DNA from: an uncultured Rhizobium sp.
GTDB lineage: Bacteria; Pseudomonadota; Alphaproteobacteria; SHVZ01
Direction of reading: 5' to 3'
Length of the DNA stretch: 47,854 nt
Assembly: GCA_964504845.1 (NCBI GenBank)
Contig: CAZDGR010000001.1
Coordinates: 1 to 47,854, forward strand
A program made the position numbers and the translations under genes. Position 1 is the stretch's first letter. Every line of letters starts with the position of its first letter. Under the pieces are notes generated by a model that made no database searches, was not told the origin of the DNA, and was given only the letters and a program-made list of their open reading frames with translations. Below, in pieces: positions 35,498 to 45,432 of this stretch.

Positions 35498-35875
35498 ATG
35501 TCCGAAGCCGGTAATATGCCTTGGAGTATCAAAGGCGTGTCGGCAGAAGCCCGGAAGATCGCCAAGTCCGCGGCGATGTCTTCGGGCGAGCCGATGGGGG
35601 TCTGGCTCTCCCGGTTGATCGACGCCGCTTCGGCCCAGCGCCTGGGTCAGGCCAACCAGGTCGTCGTCCGGCCTGAGCCGCCGGTACCGGCGCCGGCGGA
35701 ACTCCGGGTCGACATCGAGGCTTTGGCCCAGCGGCTGGCCTCGGTCGAGCGGCGGATGCTCGAGGCGCTGCAGCCCCTCGACCAGGCGCTTTCCCAGATC
35801 GGCCGGCGGCTCGAGGTCCTGGAAGCCCCGTCGCTTCCGGCACCTGAGCCGCGCCGGCCCGGCGGCCCAAGATAA
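35498..35875 (+). CDS. Small protein paralogous to the N-terminal module of the adjacent PodJ-like gene
   Basis: 125 aa with a good SD. PWSIKGVSAEARKIAKSAAMSSGEPMGVWLSRLI aligns with PWSVKGVERTTRETARHAAQAAGMTVGAWIEQAI of the next gene. The C-terminal part is coiled-coil-like. Confidence 0.6.
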   Translation: MSEAGNMPWSIKGVSAEARKIAKSAAMSSGEPMGVWLSRLIDAASAQRLGQANQVVVRPEPPVPAPAELRVDIEALAQRLASVERRMLEALQPLDQALSQIGRRLEVLEAPSLPAPEPRRPGGPR

Positions 35876-35905
35876 TGAGACTGAGGCTTCGGTAGTACGC
35901 TAGAT

Positions 35906-38056
35906 ATGACCGGCAAGACCAGCCAAGTCGCCCCCTGGAGCGTGAAGGGAGTCGAGCGGACGACCCGCGAGACCGCCCGCCACGCGGCTCAGGCGGCCGG
36001 CATGACGGTCGGTGCCTGGATCGAGCAGGCGATCCGCTCCCACGAGGCGGTGCTGGCCGCGGCTCCGCCGACAGCCGAAGCCCAGGAGCTCAGCGACGTG
36101 ATGGCCGCGGCCCAGCGGGCCGAGGTCCGGTCGCTGGAGTCCGGTGTCGAACGGGCGGAGACCCGGTCGAGCGACATGGTCATACCGGTGGCGCTCAAGG
36201 TCCAGGAGCTCGCCCACCGGCTGGTCGAGATCGAGCACGCGCGGGTCAGCGGCCGCGCCCTGCCGCCGAAGCCGGCGGCCGAAGAGCCGCAGCCCACCTC
36301 CCTGGACGACGACTTCGAACGCTTCCGCGTGCCCGAGGCGCCCGAGCCGGCCCCGGCCCAGGACGATTTCGAGCGCTTTCTGCAACCGGAGCCCGAGGCC
36401 GCCCCGGCCCAGGCAGCGCAGCCCGCCGCGGAGGATTTTCCGACCCCGGTGCCGCCGCCGGACGACGATTTCGAGCGCTTCAAGGTCCCGGAGCCCGGGC
36501 CGGAGCCGCTCGTCTTCGCGGCCGAGACCGCGATCCCCGAGGAGCGCCCGAACCGACGCTCGTGGGCGAAGCCGCGCGAGCGGAAGCCGGCGCGCCGAAG
36601 CCGCTTCCGCCAGGCGCTCGGCGCGGTCGCGGGCGCGCTCGTGGCGCTGGCGCTCGGTGCCGGCTCGGCGATCCTGGTGCTCGACCATGGCGAGCTGATC
36701 GGGTTGCCGCCGCGCCTGGTCGACCCGGTCGCCGAGACCGTCGATCGCGCGCTCACCGAAGGCCGCCGCCTGGTGATCGCCGCGGACGAGACCGCGCGTC
36801 ACTGGATCGACGACATCAAGAGCCTGTTCGAGGACGCGCCGAGCGAGCCCGAGAAGCCGGCCCAGATTCCGACCGCGCAAGCGCCGGCGACACCGCCTCC
36901 CGCCGAGCCGCCGAAAGCCGAGGCGCCGAAGGTCGACGCGCCCGTGCCGCCGCCCGCATCCGCGGTGCCGCCGCCGGTTGCGCCGGCTCCCGCCGCACCG
37001 GCTCCGGCGGCCGCCGCCACCGGCATCGCCGCGCCTGCACCGCCACCTTCCGCCTTGCCGCCGCCGACAAGCGCGAGCCCGCTTGCCCCGCCGCCGGCCG
37101 CCGCCGTTCCGCCACCGCCGCCATCGGCGCCGGCGCCCGCATCGGCGTCGCCGCAGACCGCGGCGCTTCCGCCGCCGGCTCCGCCGACGGCGCCTCCGCC
37201 GGCGGTGACGCCGCCGCCGTCAGATTCCGCACAAGGCTTCCCGACGCTGACGCAGCCGACCGAAGCGCCGCCGCCGGCGCGCGAGGCCGACGATCTCGAG
37301 AAGGCGGCGCGCGGCGGCGACGTGAAGGCGCAGTACGAGCTCGGCGTGATTGCGGCACAGCCCGAGGTCGGCAACCCTGACTACGGCAAGGCCGCCTACT
37401 GGTTCCGCGAGGCGGCGGTCCAAGGCAATGCCAGCGCGCAATACAATCTCGGCGTCCTCTACGAGCACGGGTTCGGCGTCGGCGCCGACGACGTGCGCGC
37501 CCTCCTCTGGTATCACTCGGCGGCCGAGCAGGGCCACGCGCGCGCGCAATACAATCTCGGCGTCTTCTACGCTCAGGGGCGCGGCATCCCGACCGACTAC
37601 GGCGAGGCGCAGCGCTGGTTCAAGCGCTCGGCCGATCAGGGCATCGCGAAGGCCTTCTACAATCTCGCCGTCCTCGCCGAGTCCGGTCTCGGCGGACCGG
37701 CCAACCCGACCGGCGCGCGCGCGTTCCTGAGCCGCGCGGCGCTGATGGGCGATCCCGATGCGCGCGCGGCGCTGGCGAAGAAGCCCGCACCGAAGCCGGA
37801 TCCGGCCAAGGCCGCCGATGCGAAGCCGTCGACCGAGGTGATCGGCGCCGTCCAGCACATGCTGACCGAGCTCGGCTACGACGCCGGCCGCATCGACGGC
37901 ATGCTCGGCGACAAGACGCGCCAGGCGATCCGCAAGTTTCAGAGCGACAGCGGGCTGCCGCAGACCGGCCTCGCCTCGGAAGAGCTGCTCGAGCTTCTCA
38001 CCGTGAAGCTTGGGCCTTCGCTGGCGCCGACCGCAGCAGCAGGCCAGCGGCGCTAG
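35906..38056 (+). CDS. PodJ-like polar organising/localisation factor (bitopic; Sel1 repeats + peptidoglycan-binding domain)
   Basis: N-terminal PWSVKGV module. Acidic region with 3x DDFERF. TM helix ALGAVAGALVALALGAGSAILVL (about 36611-36682). Pro/Ala-rich spacer. Sel1-type repeats (AQYNLGVLYEHGFGV, AQYNLGVFYAQGRGI, AFYNLAVLAESG). C-terminal PG_binding_1-like LGYDAGRIDGMLGDKTRQAIRKFQSDSGLPQTG. Confidence 0.75.
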   Translation: MTGKTSQVAPWSVKGVERTTRETARHAAQAAGMTVGAWIEQAIRSHEAVLAAAPPTAEAQELSDVMAAAQRAEVRSLESGVERAETRSSDMVIPVALKVQELAHRLVEIEHARVSGRALPPKPAAEEPQPTSLDDDFERFRVPEAPEPAPAQDDFERFLQPEPEAAPAQAAQPAAEDFPTPVPPPDDDFERFKVPEPGPEPLVFAAETAIPEERPNRRSWAKPRERKPARRSRFRQALGAVAGALVALALGAGSAILVLDHGELIGLPPRLVDPVAETVDRALTEGRRLVIAADETARHWIDDIKSLFEDAPSEPEKPAQIPTAQAPATPPPAEPPKAEAPKVDAPVPPPASAVPPPVAPAPAAPAPAAAATGIAAPAPPPSALPPPTSASPLAPPPAAAVPPPPPSAPAPASASPQTAALPPPAPPTAPPPAVTPPPSDSAQGFPTLTQPTEAPPPAREADDLEKAARGGDVKAQYELGVIAAQPEVGNPDYGKAAYWFREAAVQGNASAQYNLGVLYEHGFGVGADDVRALLWYHSAAEQGHARAQYNLGVFYAQGRGIPTDYGEAQRWFKRSADQGIAKAFYNLAVLAESGLGGPANPTGARAFLSRAALMGDPDARAALAKKPAPKPDPAKAADAKPSTEVIGAVQHMLTELGYDAGRIDGMLGDKTRQAIRKFQSDSGLPQTGLASEELLELLTVKLGPSLAPTAAAGQRR

Positions 38057-38895
38057 ATTCGGATCGCGCCGCTCCAGCGCCACCACGCCGGACGCTCGCT
38101 CGCGATCGCCGCCGCGGCACGCGCCGCCTCCTCGTCCGACGCGTAGAGACCGAACACGGTGGCGCCGCTGCCGGACATGCGCGCGAGCAGGCAGCCATCC
38201 GTGGCGCCGATGCGCTCGTGTGCCTCGCGGATCTCCGGCGCATGGATCGTCGCCGCGGCGGTGAGGTCGTTCCTGCGATGAAGCAGGAAGCGCGCGAGGC
38301 GTTGCGCATCGAGCGGCGCCATGTCGAACGGCGCCGCTTGGCTGAAGGGGCCGTTGCGCGCCCGGAACACGTCCTTGGTCGCAACCGCGACGCCGGGATT
38401 CACCAGCAGGATCGAGGCCGGCGGCAATGCCGGCGCGGGTGCCAGCTGCTCGCCGATGCCGGACCTGAGCAGCGGCCGCCCGGCGAGGCAGGCGGGCACG
38501 TCGGCGCCGAGCTTCGGCGGAAGCGCGATCGGGATCTCGACCGACCACAGGCGGGAGAGCGCGTCCAAGGTCGCGGCCGCATCGGCGGAGCCGCCGCCGA
38601 TGCCGGCGGCGACCGGGATGCGCTTGGTCAGCCGCAGCTTCGCCTTCGGCTCGATGCGATGAAAGGCGGCGAGCCCGCGCGCGGCGCGCAGCACCAGGTT
38701 GTCGGGCTCGCCCGACAGCGCGTCCGCGAACGGACCGTCGATCGAAAGCGAGAGGTCGTCGGCGGCCTCGGCGACGACGTCGTCATGCAGGTCGGCGAAG
38801 ACGACGAGGCTGTCGAGCAGGTGATAACCGTCGGCACGCTTGCCGACGACGTGGAGATAGAGATTGACCTTCGCGTGTGCCTGAACGCGGATCAC
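38053..38895 (-). CDS. ispE: 4-diphosphocytidyl-2-C-methyl-D-erythritol kinase
   Basis: AHAKVNLYLHVVGKRADGYHLLDS and GHMP kinase motif PVAAGIGGGSADAAATL. 280 aa. Confidence 0.92.
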   Translation of the reverse strand: MIRVQAHAKVNLYLHVVGKRADGYHLLDSLVVFADLHDDVVAEAADDLSLSIDGPFADALSGEPDNLVLRAARGLAAFHRIEPKAKLRLTKRIPVAAGIGGGSADAAATLDALSRLWSVEIPIALPPKLGADVPACLAGRPLLRSGIGEQLAPAPALPPASILLVNPGVAVATKDVFRARNGPFSQAAPFDMAPLDAQRLARFLLHRRNDLTAAATIHAPEIREAHERIGATDGCLLARMSGSGATVFGLYASDEEAARAAAAIASERPAWWRWSGAIRI

Positions 38896-38908
38896 TTAGC
38901 GTCGGCGT

Positions 38909-40624
38909 TCACTGCGGCGGCAGGCCCTCGGCCAGCTTCTTCTTGATCTGCGGCACCGCCTCGGGCTCCGGCTCCAGACGAAGCGCGCGCTCCCACTGGT
39001 AGCGCGCCTCGGCACGGCGGCCGACACGCCAGTAGACGTCGCCGAGATGATCGTTGATCGTCGGATCCTGAGGCCTGAGCTCGACCGCCTGCTCCATGTA
39101 TCCAAGCGCCTTCTCGAGATTGCCCAGGCGGAAATGCACCCATCCCAGGCTGTCGACGATGTAGCCGTCGCGCGGGCGGAGCTCGACTGCGCGCTCGATC
39201 ATCGGCAACGCCTTGTCGAGATGGACGCGCTGGTCGGCCCAGGAGTATCCGAGATAGTTGAGCACGCTCGGCTGCTCGGGCTCGAGCTCCAGCGCCTTCA
39301 GCAGATCGGGCTCGGCCCGGGCCCAGCGGCCGGAGCGCTCGAGCACGACCGCGCGCGAGAAGAACAGCGTCCAGTGCTGCTGCTGCGGGCTCGGCACGCG
39401 GGCGACGGCACGGTCGTAGGCGGCCAGCGCGCGATCGTATTCGGGGAACGGCCCGGGCTGCTTGACCTTCGAGCGCCAGAGGTCGCCGAGGCGCACCAGC
39501 GCGTCGATGCGCTCGGGCTGCTCGTTCGCCATCGCCTCGAGCACGCGGACCGCCTCGTCGCTCTTGCCCATCTGGTCGAGGTTGCTCGCGATGTGCAGCT
39601 TCGCCGACCAGCCGTAGGTGGCGTCGCTGCCGGCGGCATCGTAGGCGGCGTTCGCCTCGGCATAGCGCTGCTCGGATTCGAGCAGGCTGCCGAGCAGCAG
39701 CTTCGCCGCCGGATAGTTCGGCCTGAGCCACATCGCCGACTGCACGTAGATCTGGGCGAGGTCGCCGGTGCGATCCGACTGCAGCGCCGAGGCCAGGTCG
39801 AACAGCGCCTCGGCCATGCCGTCGGACGCCTTGGCGATCGGCCGCGGCGCCGTGCCCTTCGCCCGCGCCCGCGCCAGGTCGGCCTGGACGTAGATCGGAT
39901 CGGCCGAGCGCTCGGTGAATCGCTGATAGATCGGCTCGGCCTCGCCCGGCCGTCCGGTGCGCTCGAAGAAGCGGCCGGCGGCGAGGACCGTGCGAAGCGA
40001 CGGCGACTCCGCCGCAAGCACCGTGCGGTAGTTCTTCTCCGCCGCCTCGGGCCGGCCGCCGAGCTCGTTGATCAGCGCGGCGTGGAGCTGGAACATGTTG
40101 GTCAGCTCGGCCTGGGGGTTGCCGCCGGTCTCCAGCGACTCGACCGCCTGGTCGAAGTTATTCTGCCCGGCACGAGCCCAGGCGATCAGCATCGGCACCA
40201 GGATCGCGTTGGGTCCTGCCCGCCTCAGGCCCGCCAGGCGCTTCTCTGCTTCGGCGTAGCGTCCGGCCTTGGCGTCGGCCAGCGCCAGCGTCAGCGTCGC
40301 GAAGGCATTGCCGGGCTCGAGCTGGATCAGCCGCCCGGCAAGCTCGGTCGCGGTATCGCCGCGGCCGTCCTGGAGCGCGACGGCGAGCCCGCGCAGCAAA
40401 AGCTGCGGATCGCTCGGATCGACCTTGAGCGCGGCGCCGTAATACTCGGCCGCGGCACCCGGATCGTTGCCGCGCTGGGCGGCGAGGCCGGAGAGGAAAT
40501 TTCCCGACGCGGTCGACGCGAGCGGCAGCTTGCCCGGCGCAGCACCGCCGGCGGCACACGCCGACAGCGAGGCTGCGAGAAGAAAGACGAGCGGGGTACG
40601 GGAGGAGGCCGGCATGCGTTCCAT
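38909..40624 (-). CDS. TPR-repeat lipoprotein
   Basis: Signal peptide with lipobox LSAC. TPR repeats along the whole length. 13 nt upstream of ispE on the same strand. Confidence 0.8.
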   Translation of the reverse strand: MERMPASSRTPLVFLLAASLSACAAGGAAPGKLPLASTASGNFLSGLAAQRGNDPGAAAEYYGAALKVDPSDPQLLLRGLAVALQDGRGDTATELAGRLIQLEPGNAFATLTLALADAKAGRYAEAEKRLAGLRRAGPNAILVPMLIAWARAGQNNFDQAVESLETGGNPQAELTNMFQLHAALINELGGRPEAAEKNYRTVLAAESPSLRTVLAAGRFFERTGRPGEAEPIYQRFTERSADPIYVQADLARARAKGTAPRPIAKASDGMAEALFDLASALQSDRTGDLAQIYVQSAMWLRPNYPAAKLLLGSLLESEQRYAEANAAYDAAGSDATYGWSAKLHIASNLDQMGKSDEAVRVLEAMANEQPERIDALVRLGDLWRSKVKQPGPFPEYDRALAAYDRAVARVPSPQQQHWTLFFSRAVVLERSGRWARAEPDLLKALELEPEQPSVLNYLGYSWADQRVHLDKALPMIERAVELRPRDGYIVDSLGWVHFRLGNLEKALGYMEQAVELRPQDPTINDHLGDVYWRVGRRAEARYQWERALRLEPEPEAVPQIKKKLAEGLPPQ

Positions 40625-40653
40625 CGCCTGAAGGGCTTTAAGGAGTCGGGATC

Positions 40654-42279
40654 TTACATATTGGGATAGTTAGGCCCGCCGCCACCCTCGGGCACGACCC
40701 AGTTGATGTTCTGGGTCGGGTCCTTGATGTCGCAGGTTTTGCAGTGAACGCAGTTCTGCGCGTTGATCTGCAGCCTGGGGGAGCCTTCCTCGCGCCCGAC
40801 GATCTCATAGACGCCGGCCGGGCAGTAGCGCTGCTCCGGGGCCTCGTAGAGCGCGAGATTCACCGCCACCGGCACGCTCGGATCGATCAGCTTCAGGTGC
40901 GGCGGCTGGTTCTCCTCGTGGTTGGTGTTCGAGATGAACACCGAGGAGAGACGGTCGAAGGTGACCTTGCCGTCGGCCTTCGGGTACTCGATCGGCGTGA
41001 AATGCGCCGCCGGCCTCAAGCTTTCGTGATCGGCGTGGTGGTGCAACGTCCACGGCGCCTTGCCGCGGAAGAGATACGTGTCGATCGCCGCATGCGCGAG
41101 GCCGAGCCACATGCCGCCGTTGAAGCCGGGGCGGATGTTGCGCACGCCCTTCAGCTCCTCCCAGACCCAGCTCTTCTCCAGCGCGGCGCGATATCCCGAG
41201 ATCTCGGTCGCAGACGCATCGGCCAGAGCGGCGAAGGTCGATTCGGCCGCGAGCATGCCGGACTTCATCGCGGTGTGGCTGCCCTTGATCTTGGGCACGT
41301 TGAGGAAGCCGGCGGCGCACCCGATCAACGCGCCGCCCGGGAACGTCAGCTTCGGGATCGACTGGAAGCCGCCTTCGTTGATCGCGCGGGCGCCGTAGGA
41401 GACGCGGCGTCCGCCTTCGAAGATCGGCCGGATCTCGGGATGGTTCTTGAAGCGCTGGAATTCCTCGAACGGCGCGAGATAGGGATTCTCGTAGTCGAGC
41501 CCGATCACGAAGCCGACCGCGACCTGGTTTTTCTCCAGGTGATAGAGGAACGAGCCGCCATAGGTGGCGCTGTCGAGCGGCCAGCCGATCGTATGCACGA
41601 CGCGGCCGAGGCGATGCTGCGACGGATCGACTTCCCACAGCTCCTTGACGCCGATGCCGTAGGTTTGCGGCTCGGCCTCGTCGCGAAGGCCGAAGCGCTG
41701 CACCAGCGTCTTGGTCAGCGAGCCGCGCGCGCCTTCGGCGAACAAGGTGAAGCGGGCGCGAAGCTCGACGCCTTCGGTGTAGGACGACGTCTTCTCGCCG
41801 TTCTTGCCGATGCCCTGGTCGCCGGTGGCGACGCCGGCGACGCGGCCGTCCTCGTAGAGAACCTCGGCGGCGGCGAAGCCCGGATAGATCTCGACGCCGG
41901 CAGCTTCCGCCTGCTGGCCGAGCCAGCGCACGACGTTTCCGAGGCTGACGATGTAGTTGCCGTGATTGTTCATCTGCGGCGGCGTCGGCATCCGCCAGGC
42001 GCTCCTCTTCGTGAGGAAGAGGAAGCGATCCTCGACGACCGGCGTGTTGAGCGGCGCGCCCTTCTCCTTCCAGTCCGGGATCAGCTCGTTGAGCGCCCGC
42101 GGCTCGACCACGGCGCCGGAGAGGATGTGGGCGCCGACCTCGGAGCCCTTCTCGATGACGCAGACCGAGACCTCGCGGCCGGCCTCGGCCGACAGCTGCT
42201 TCAACCGGATCGCGGCGGCAAGGCCGGACGGACCGGCGCCGACCACGACCACGTCGTATTCCATGCGCTCGCGCGTCAT
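40654..42279 (-). CDS. Electron-transfer flavoprotein:ubiquinone oxidoreductase
   Basis: FAD motif [17 protein letters not shown]-terminal ferredoxin-like [12 protein letters not shown]. 541 aa, typical ETF-QO length. Confidence 0.95.
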   Translation of the reverse strand: MTRERMEYDVVVVGAGPSGLAAAIRLKQLSAEAGREVSVCVIEKGSEVGAHILSGAVVEPRALNELIPDWKEKGAPLNTPVVEDRFLFLTKRSAWRMPTPPQMNNHGNYIVSLGNVVRWLGQQAEAAGVEIYPGFAAAEVLYEDGRVAGVATGDQGIGKNGEKTSSYTEGVELRARFTLFAEGARGSLTKTLVQRFGLRDEAEPQTYGIGVKELWEVDPSQHRLGRVVHTIGWPLDSATYGGSFLYHLEKNQVAVGFVIGLDYENPYLAPFEEFQRFKNHPEIRPIFEGGRRVSYGARAINEGGFQSIPKLTFPGGALIGCAAGFLNVPKIKGSHTAMKSGMLAAESTFAALADASATEISGYRAALEKSWVWEELKGVRNIRPGFNGGMWLGLAHAAIDTYLFRGKAPWTLHHHADHESLRPAAHFTPIEYPKADGKVTFDRLSSVFISNTNHEENQPPHLKLIDPSVPVAVNLALYEAPEQRYCPAGVYEIVGREEGSPRLQINAQNCVHCKTCDIKDPTQNINWVVPEGGGGPNYPNM

Positions 42280-42375
42280 CGGCTTCTTGATCTTGGGTTA
42301 TGGAGCTTCGAAAGATGTATCGCAGGGTCGTCGGGCTGTCCAAGGCCAAGGCAGGGCTATAGGCTCCCTCGCAGA

Positions 42376-43263
42376 ATGGTGCAGACTTCCGATCTCACCG
42401 ACGCGGACGCGGCATCCCTGCTCGCCTGGCAGGTGGCCGCCGGCGCCGACGAAGCGGTCCTCGACGCGCCGGTCGACCGCACCCGGCCCCAACCTTCGAT
42501 TTCAGGGCCGGCCGTCCCCGCACCCCCGCCCGCGATGCCCAGAGGCGTCGCCGAGGCGTCTCCCGCCTTCGCCGGGGCCGCCGCCCCTCTTCCGCCGCGC
42601 CCGGCGATCCGGCCGGCAGCGCCTCCGCCGCGCCCGGCGCCGGCGTCCACGCCGCTGGTCGCCCAGGACGCCAAGGCATTGGCGGCTTCGTGCAACACGA
42701 TCGCCGAGCTCGAGCAGGCGGTCCGGGTCTATGACGGCTGCGGGCTCAAGAAGACCGCGACCAACACGGTCTTCGCCGACGGGAATCCGGGAGCCAGGCT
42801 GATGTTCGTCGGCGAGGCGCCGGGAGCCGACGAGGACCGCCAGGGAAAGCCCTTCGTCGGCCTCTCCGGCAAGCTGCTGGACCGCATGCTCCAGGCGATC
42901 GGGTACGACCGTACCTCGGCCTATATCACCAATATTCTGTTCTGGCGGCCCCCGGGAAATCGCCAGCCGACGCCCCAGGAAATCCAGCAGTGCCTGCCCT
43001 TCGTCGTCCGCCATATCGAGCTGGTCCGCCCGGACGTGCTGGTTCTTCTGGGCGGCACCTCGGCCAAGACCATCCTCAATCAAACCGAAGGCATCCTCCG
43101 TCTTCGCGGCCGCTGGTTCGAGTATAGAACTGACGAGAACTTGCCGGTTATTCCAGCAATACCGACACTACATCCTGCGTATTTGTTGCGGTCCCCAGGA
43201 CAAAAACGAGAAGCCTGGCGAGATTTTCTTGCGTTGAAACTGCGTCTCAGCTCCGCAGGATAA
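42376..43263 (+). CDS. Family-4 uracil-DNA glycosylase with Pro/Ala-rich N-terminal extension
   Basis: Motifs GEAPGADED and HPAYLLR. ATG 42376. The upstream 544 codons of the track ORF are antisense to ETF-QO and are rejected. Confidence 0.88.
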   Translation: MVQTSDLTDADAASLLAWQVAAGADEAVLDAPVDRTRPQPSISGPAVPAPPPAMPRGVAEASPAFAGAAAPLPPRPAIRPAAPPPRPAPASTPLVAQDAKALAASCNTIAELEQAVRVYDGCGLKKTATNTVFADGNPGARLMFVGEAPGADEDRQGKPFVGLSGKLLDRMLQAIGYDRTSAYITNILFWRPPGNRQPTPQEIQQCLPFVVRHIELVRPDVLVLLGGTSAKTILNQTEGILRLRGRWFEYRTDENLPVIPAIPTLHPAYLLRSPGQKREAWRDFLALKLRLSSAG

Positions 43264-43379
43264 CGAACTGAACTTACACGTTATTCTAAAAATTTTACCG
43301 TAGTCTGGGAACGGCCGTGAGAATTCGGTGTAAATCCTAGGCTTGCTTCGACCTGTTCCATCCGTTAGGTGAGTCTCCC

Positions 43380-45248
43380 ATGAGGGAGAGGGGACCTACC
43401 CGCGTCCGTAACGGGACGCGCGCGCTGGCGCTCGCTGCCGGCCTCATGGCTCTGACGACCGGCGCCCGCGTCGAAGCGGCCGACCCGCTGCGTCTGGATG
43501 CCGCCAAGATCGAAAGCCTCCGCCAGACGGCGACCGAGCAGGCCTCGCTGCCGCGGAACCTGTTCGACGGTTTCAAGGTCGATCCGAGCCAGAGCCTGCC
43601 GCAGGTGCTGAGCGCCGATCAGGCCGAGCGCTACGCCGAGATCTTCCGCCTCCAGGCCGAGGCCTCCTGGGCTGAGGCCGACAAGGAAATCAAGCTCTTA
43701 AAGGACAAGCGCCTGCTCGGGGCGGTGCTCGCCCAGCGCTACACCCACGCGAAGTACCGCTCGAAATACGGCGAGCTCGCGAGCTGGCTCAAGGCCAACG
43801 GCGACCACCCGGAGGCCGGCCGGCTCTATCGCCTCGCGATCGAGCGGAAGCCCGGCGGCGCCGCCGCGCCCGAGCGTCCGGTTCAGGGCTTCCTCGGCGG
43901 CTATGGCGAGGAGCTGGCGGGATCGGAGACCGGCTACTCGTCCCAGCGCCAGCGCGACTCCGACGAGATCCGCGACATCATCCACGCCGCCGCCGAGCTC
44001 CGGGGTCACCTGAAGAAGGCCGATCCGGACGGGGCCGAGCGCGTGCTCCGCCAGTTCCAGGACAGGAAGCTGCTCGACGGCGTCGAGTCCGCGATCCTGA
44101 TGGCCGAGGTCGCCCAGGGGCACTTCTTCGTCGGCAACGACGTCGCCGCCTTGCGACTCGCCTCGGCGGCGGTGAAGCAGGCCCAGGGCTGGCAGCCGCT
44201 CGCCCCGTGGATCGCCGGCCTTTCGGCTTTCCGGCTCAACAAGCCGGCCGAGGCCGCGAAGTTCTTCGAAGGCATGACGGAGCTGCAGGGGCTCACCCCC
44301 AACCAGGTCTCGGCCGCCGCCTTCTGGGCCGCGCGCTCGCACCTGGTCGCAGGCCAGCACGACAAGGTCTCGCGATACCTGGTCCGGGCGGCGCTGCAGC
44401 GGACGTCGTTCTACGGGCTGCTCGCGCGCCGCGCGCTCGGCGTCGACACGCCGTTCAACTGGGCCGAGCCGCGCCTTTCCGACGAGGACATCCGCCAGAT
44501 CGAGGCGATGCCCGGCGGCTGGCGGGCGCTCGCGCTGATCCAGGTCGGCGAGGTGCAGCGCGCCGAGGCCGAGCTCCGGAAGCTCGCCCCGCAGCTCAAT
44601 GCCGATCTCGGCCCCGCGATGCTGGCGCTCGCCTCCAAGGCCAACATGCCGGCGCTCTCGATGCGTCTAGCCGGCAAGCTGGCGCAGGAGAACCAGCGCT
44701 ACGACGGCGCGCTCTATCCGATCCCCGGCTGGAAGCCGGAAGGCGGCTTCGTCGTCGACCCCGCCCTTCTGTTCGCGATCACGCGCCAGGAATCGGGCTT
44801 CCATTCGAAGGCCGCCTCCGGCGCCGGCGCCAAGGGCCTGATGCAGATCATGCCGCGCACCGCCGTGTTCGTCGGCGAGGGCGAGGTCAAGAAGAAGGAC
44901 GCGAACCAGCAGCTGATGGAGCCGGAGCGCAACCTCACGCTCGGCCAGCGCTACGTCCAGCACCTGCTCGAGCACGACCAGATCCAGGGCAACCTGCTGG
45001 TCGCCGTCGCCGCCTACAACGCCGGCCCCACGGTCGCGCTCAAGTGGCAGCGCAAGGGCGACTTCAAGGACGACCCGCTGCTGTTCGTCGAGGGGATCCC
45101 CTATGGCGAGACCCGCGCCTACGTGCAGCGCGTGGTCGCCAACTACTGGATCTACCAGCTCCGCATGGGACAGGCGACGCCGACCCTGGACGCGGTCGCG
45201 GCGGGCGACTGGCCGGTGTACACGCCGGGTGCTGTCGATAAGAGCTAA
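43380..45248 (+). CDS. Soluble lytic murein transglycosylase (Slt70-like)
   Basis: Signal peptide RALALAAGLMALTTGARVEA. Long helical N-terminal region. SLT catalytic block ITRQESGFHSKAASGAGAKGLMQIMPRTA and AAYNAGP. Confidence 0.88.
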   Translation: MRERGPTRVRNGTRALALAAGLMALTTGARVEAADPLRLDAAKIESLRQTATEQASLPRNLFDGFKVDPSQSLPQVLSADQAERYAEIFRLQAEASWAEADKEIKLLKDKRLLGAVLAQRYTHAKYRSKYGELASWLKANGDHPEAGRLYRLAIERKPGGAAAPERPVQGFLGGYGEELAGSETGYSSQRQRDSDEIRDIIHAAAELRGHLKKADPDGAERVLRQFQDRKLLDGVESAILMAEVAQGHFFVGNDVAALRLASAAVKQAQGWQPLAPWIAGLSAFRLNKPAEAAKFFEGMTELQGLTPNQVSAAAFWAARSHLVAGQHDKVSRYLVRAALQRTSFYGLLARRALGVDTPFNWAEPRLSDEDIRQIEAMPGGWRALALIQVGEVQRAEAELRKLAPQLNADLGPAMLALASKANMPALSMRLAGKLAQENQRYDGALYPIPGWKPEGGFVVDPALLFAITRQESGFHSKAASGAGAKGLMQIMPRTAVFVGEGEVKKKDANQQLMEPERNLTLGQRYVQHLLEHDQIQGNLLVAVAAYNAGPTVALKWQRKGDFKDDPLLFVEGIPYGETRAYVQRVVANYWIYQLRMGQATPTLDAVAAGDWPVYTPGAVDKS

Positions 45249-45432
45249 CCGCGGCGAGAGGGGCTTTTGCGGTCCCTCGCCGGATGCGGCTCGCTGCGCC
45301 CGCGCTCGGGTGGGGCTTCGCCGCTCCTTCTCCGAGCGATCGATCTTCCCCGAGCGGCCCCCCAAGCGAGGGTCCGTAGCTCTGAACGGCCGGTCGCCCT
45401 ATGTTTGTGAGCCAGCCACCGGAGACCTGCTC

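Noticed and set aside
36840-37270. Highly repetitive GCC/CCG-rich DNA that might be a tandem-repeat array
   Set aside because: It is in-frame low-complexity coding sequence (a Pro/Ala-rich periplasmic spacer of the PodJ-like protein). It has no fixed repeat unit or spacer structure and is not CRISPR-like.
40744-42375. N-terminal 544 codons of the 839-aa plus-strand ORF that ends as the UDG gene
   Set aside because: This part is antisense to the ETF-QO gene and has no motifs. The UDG homology begins only after ATG 42376 in the true intergenic region.
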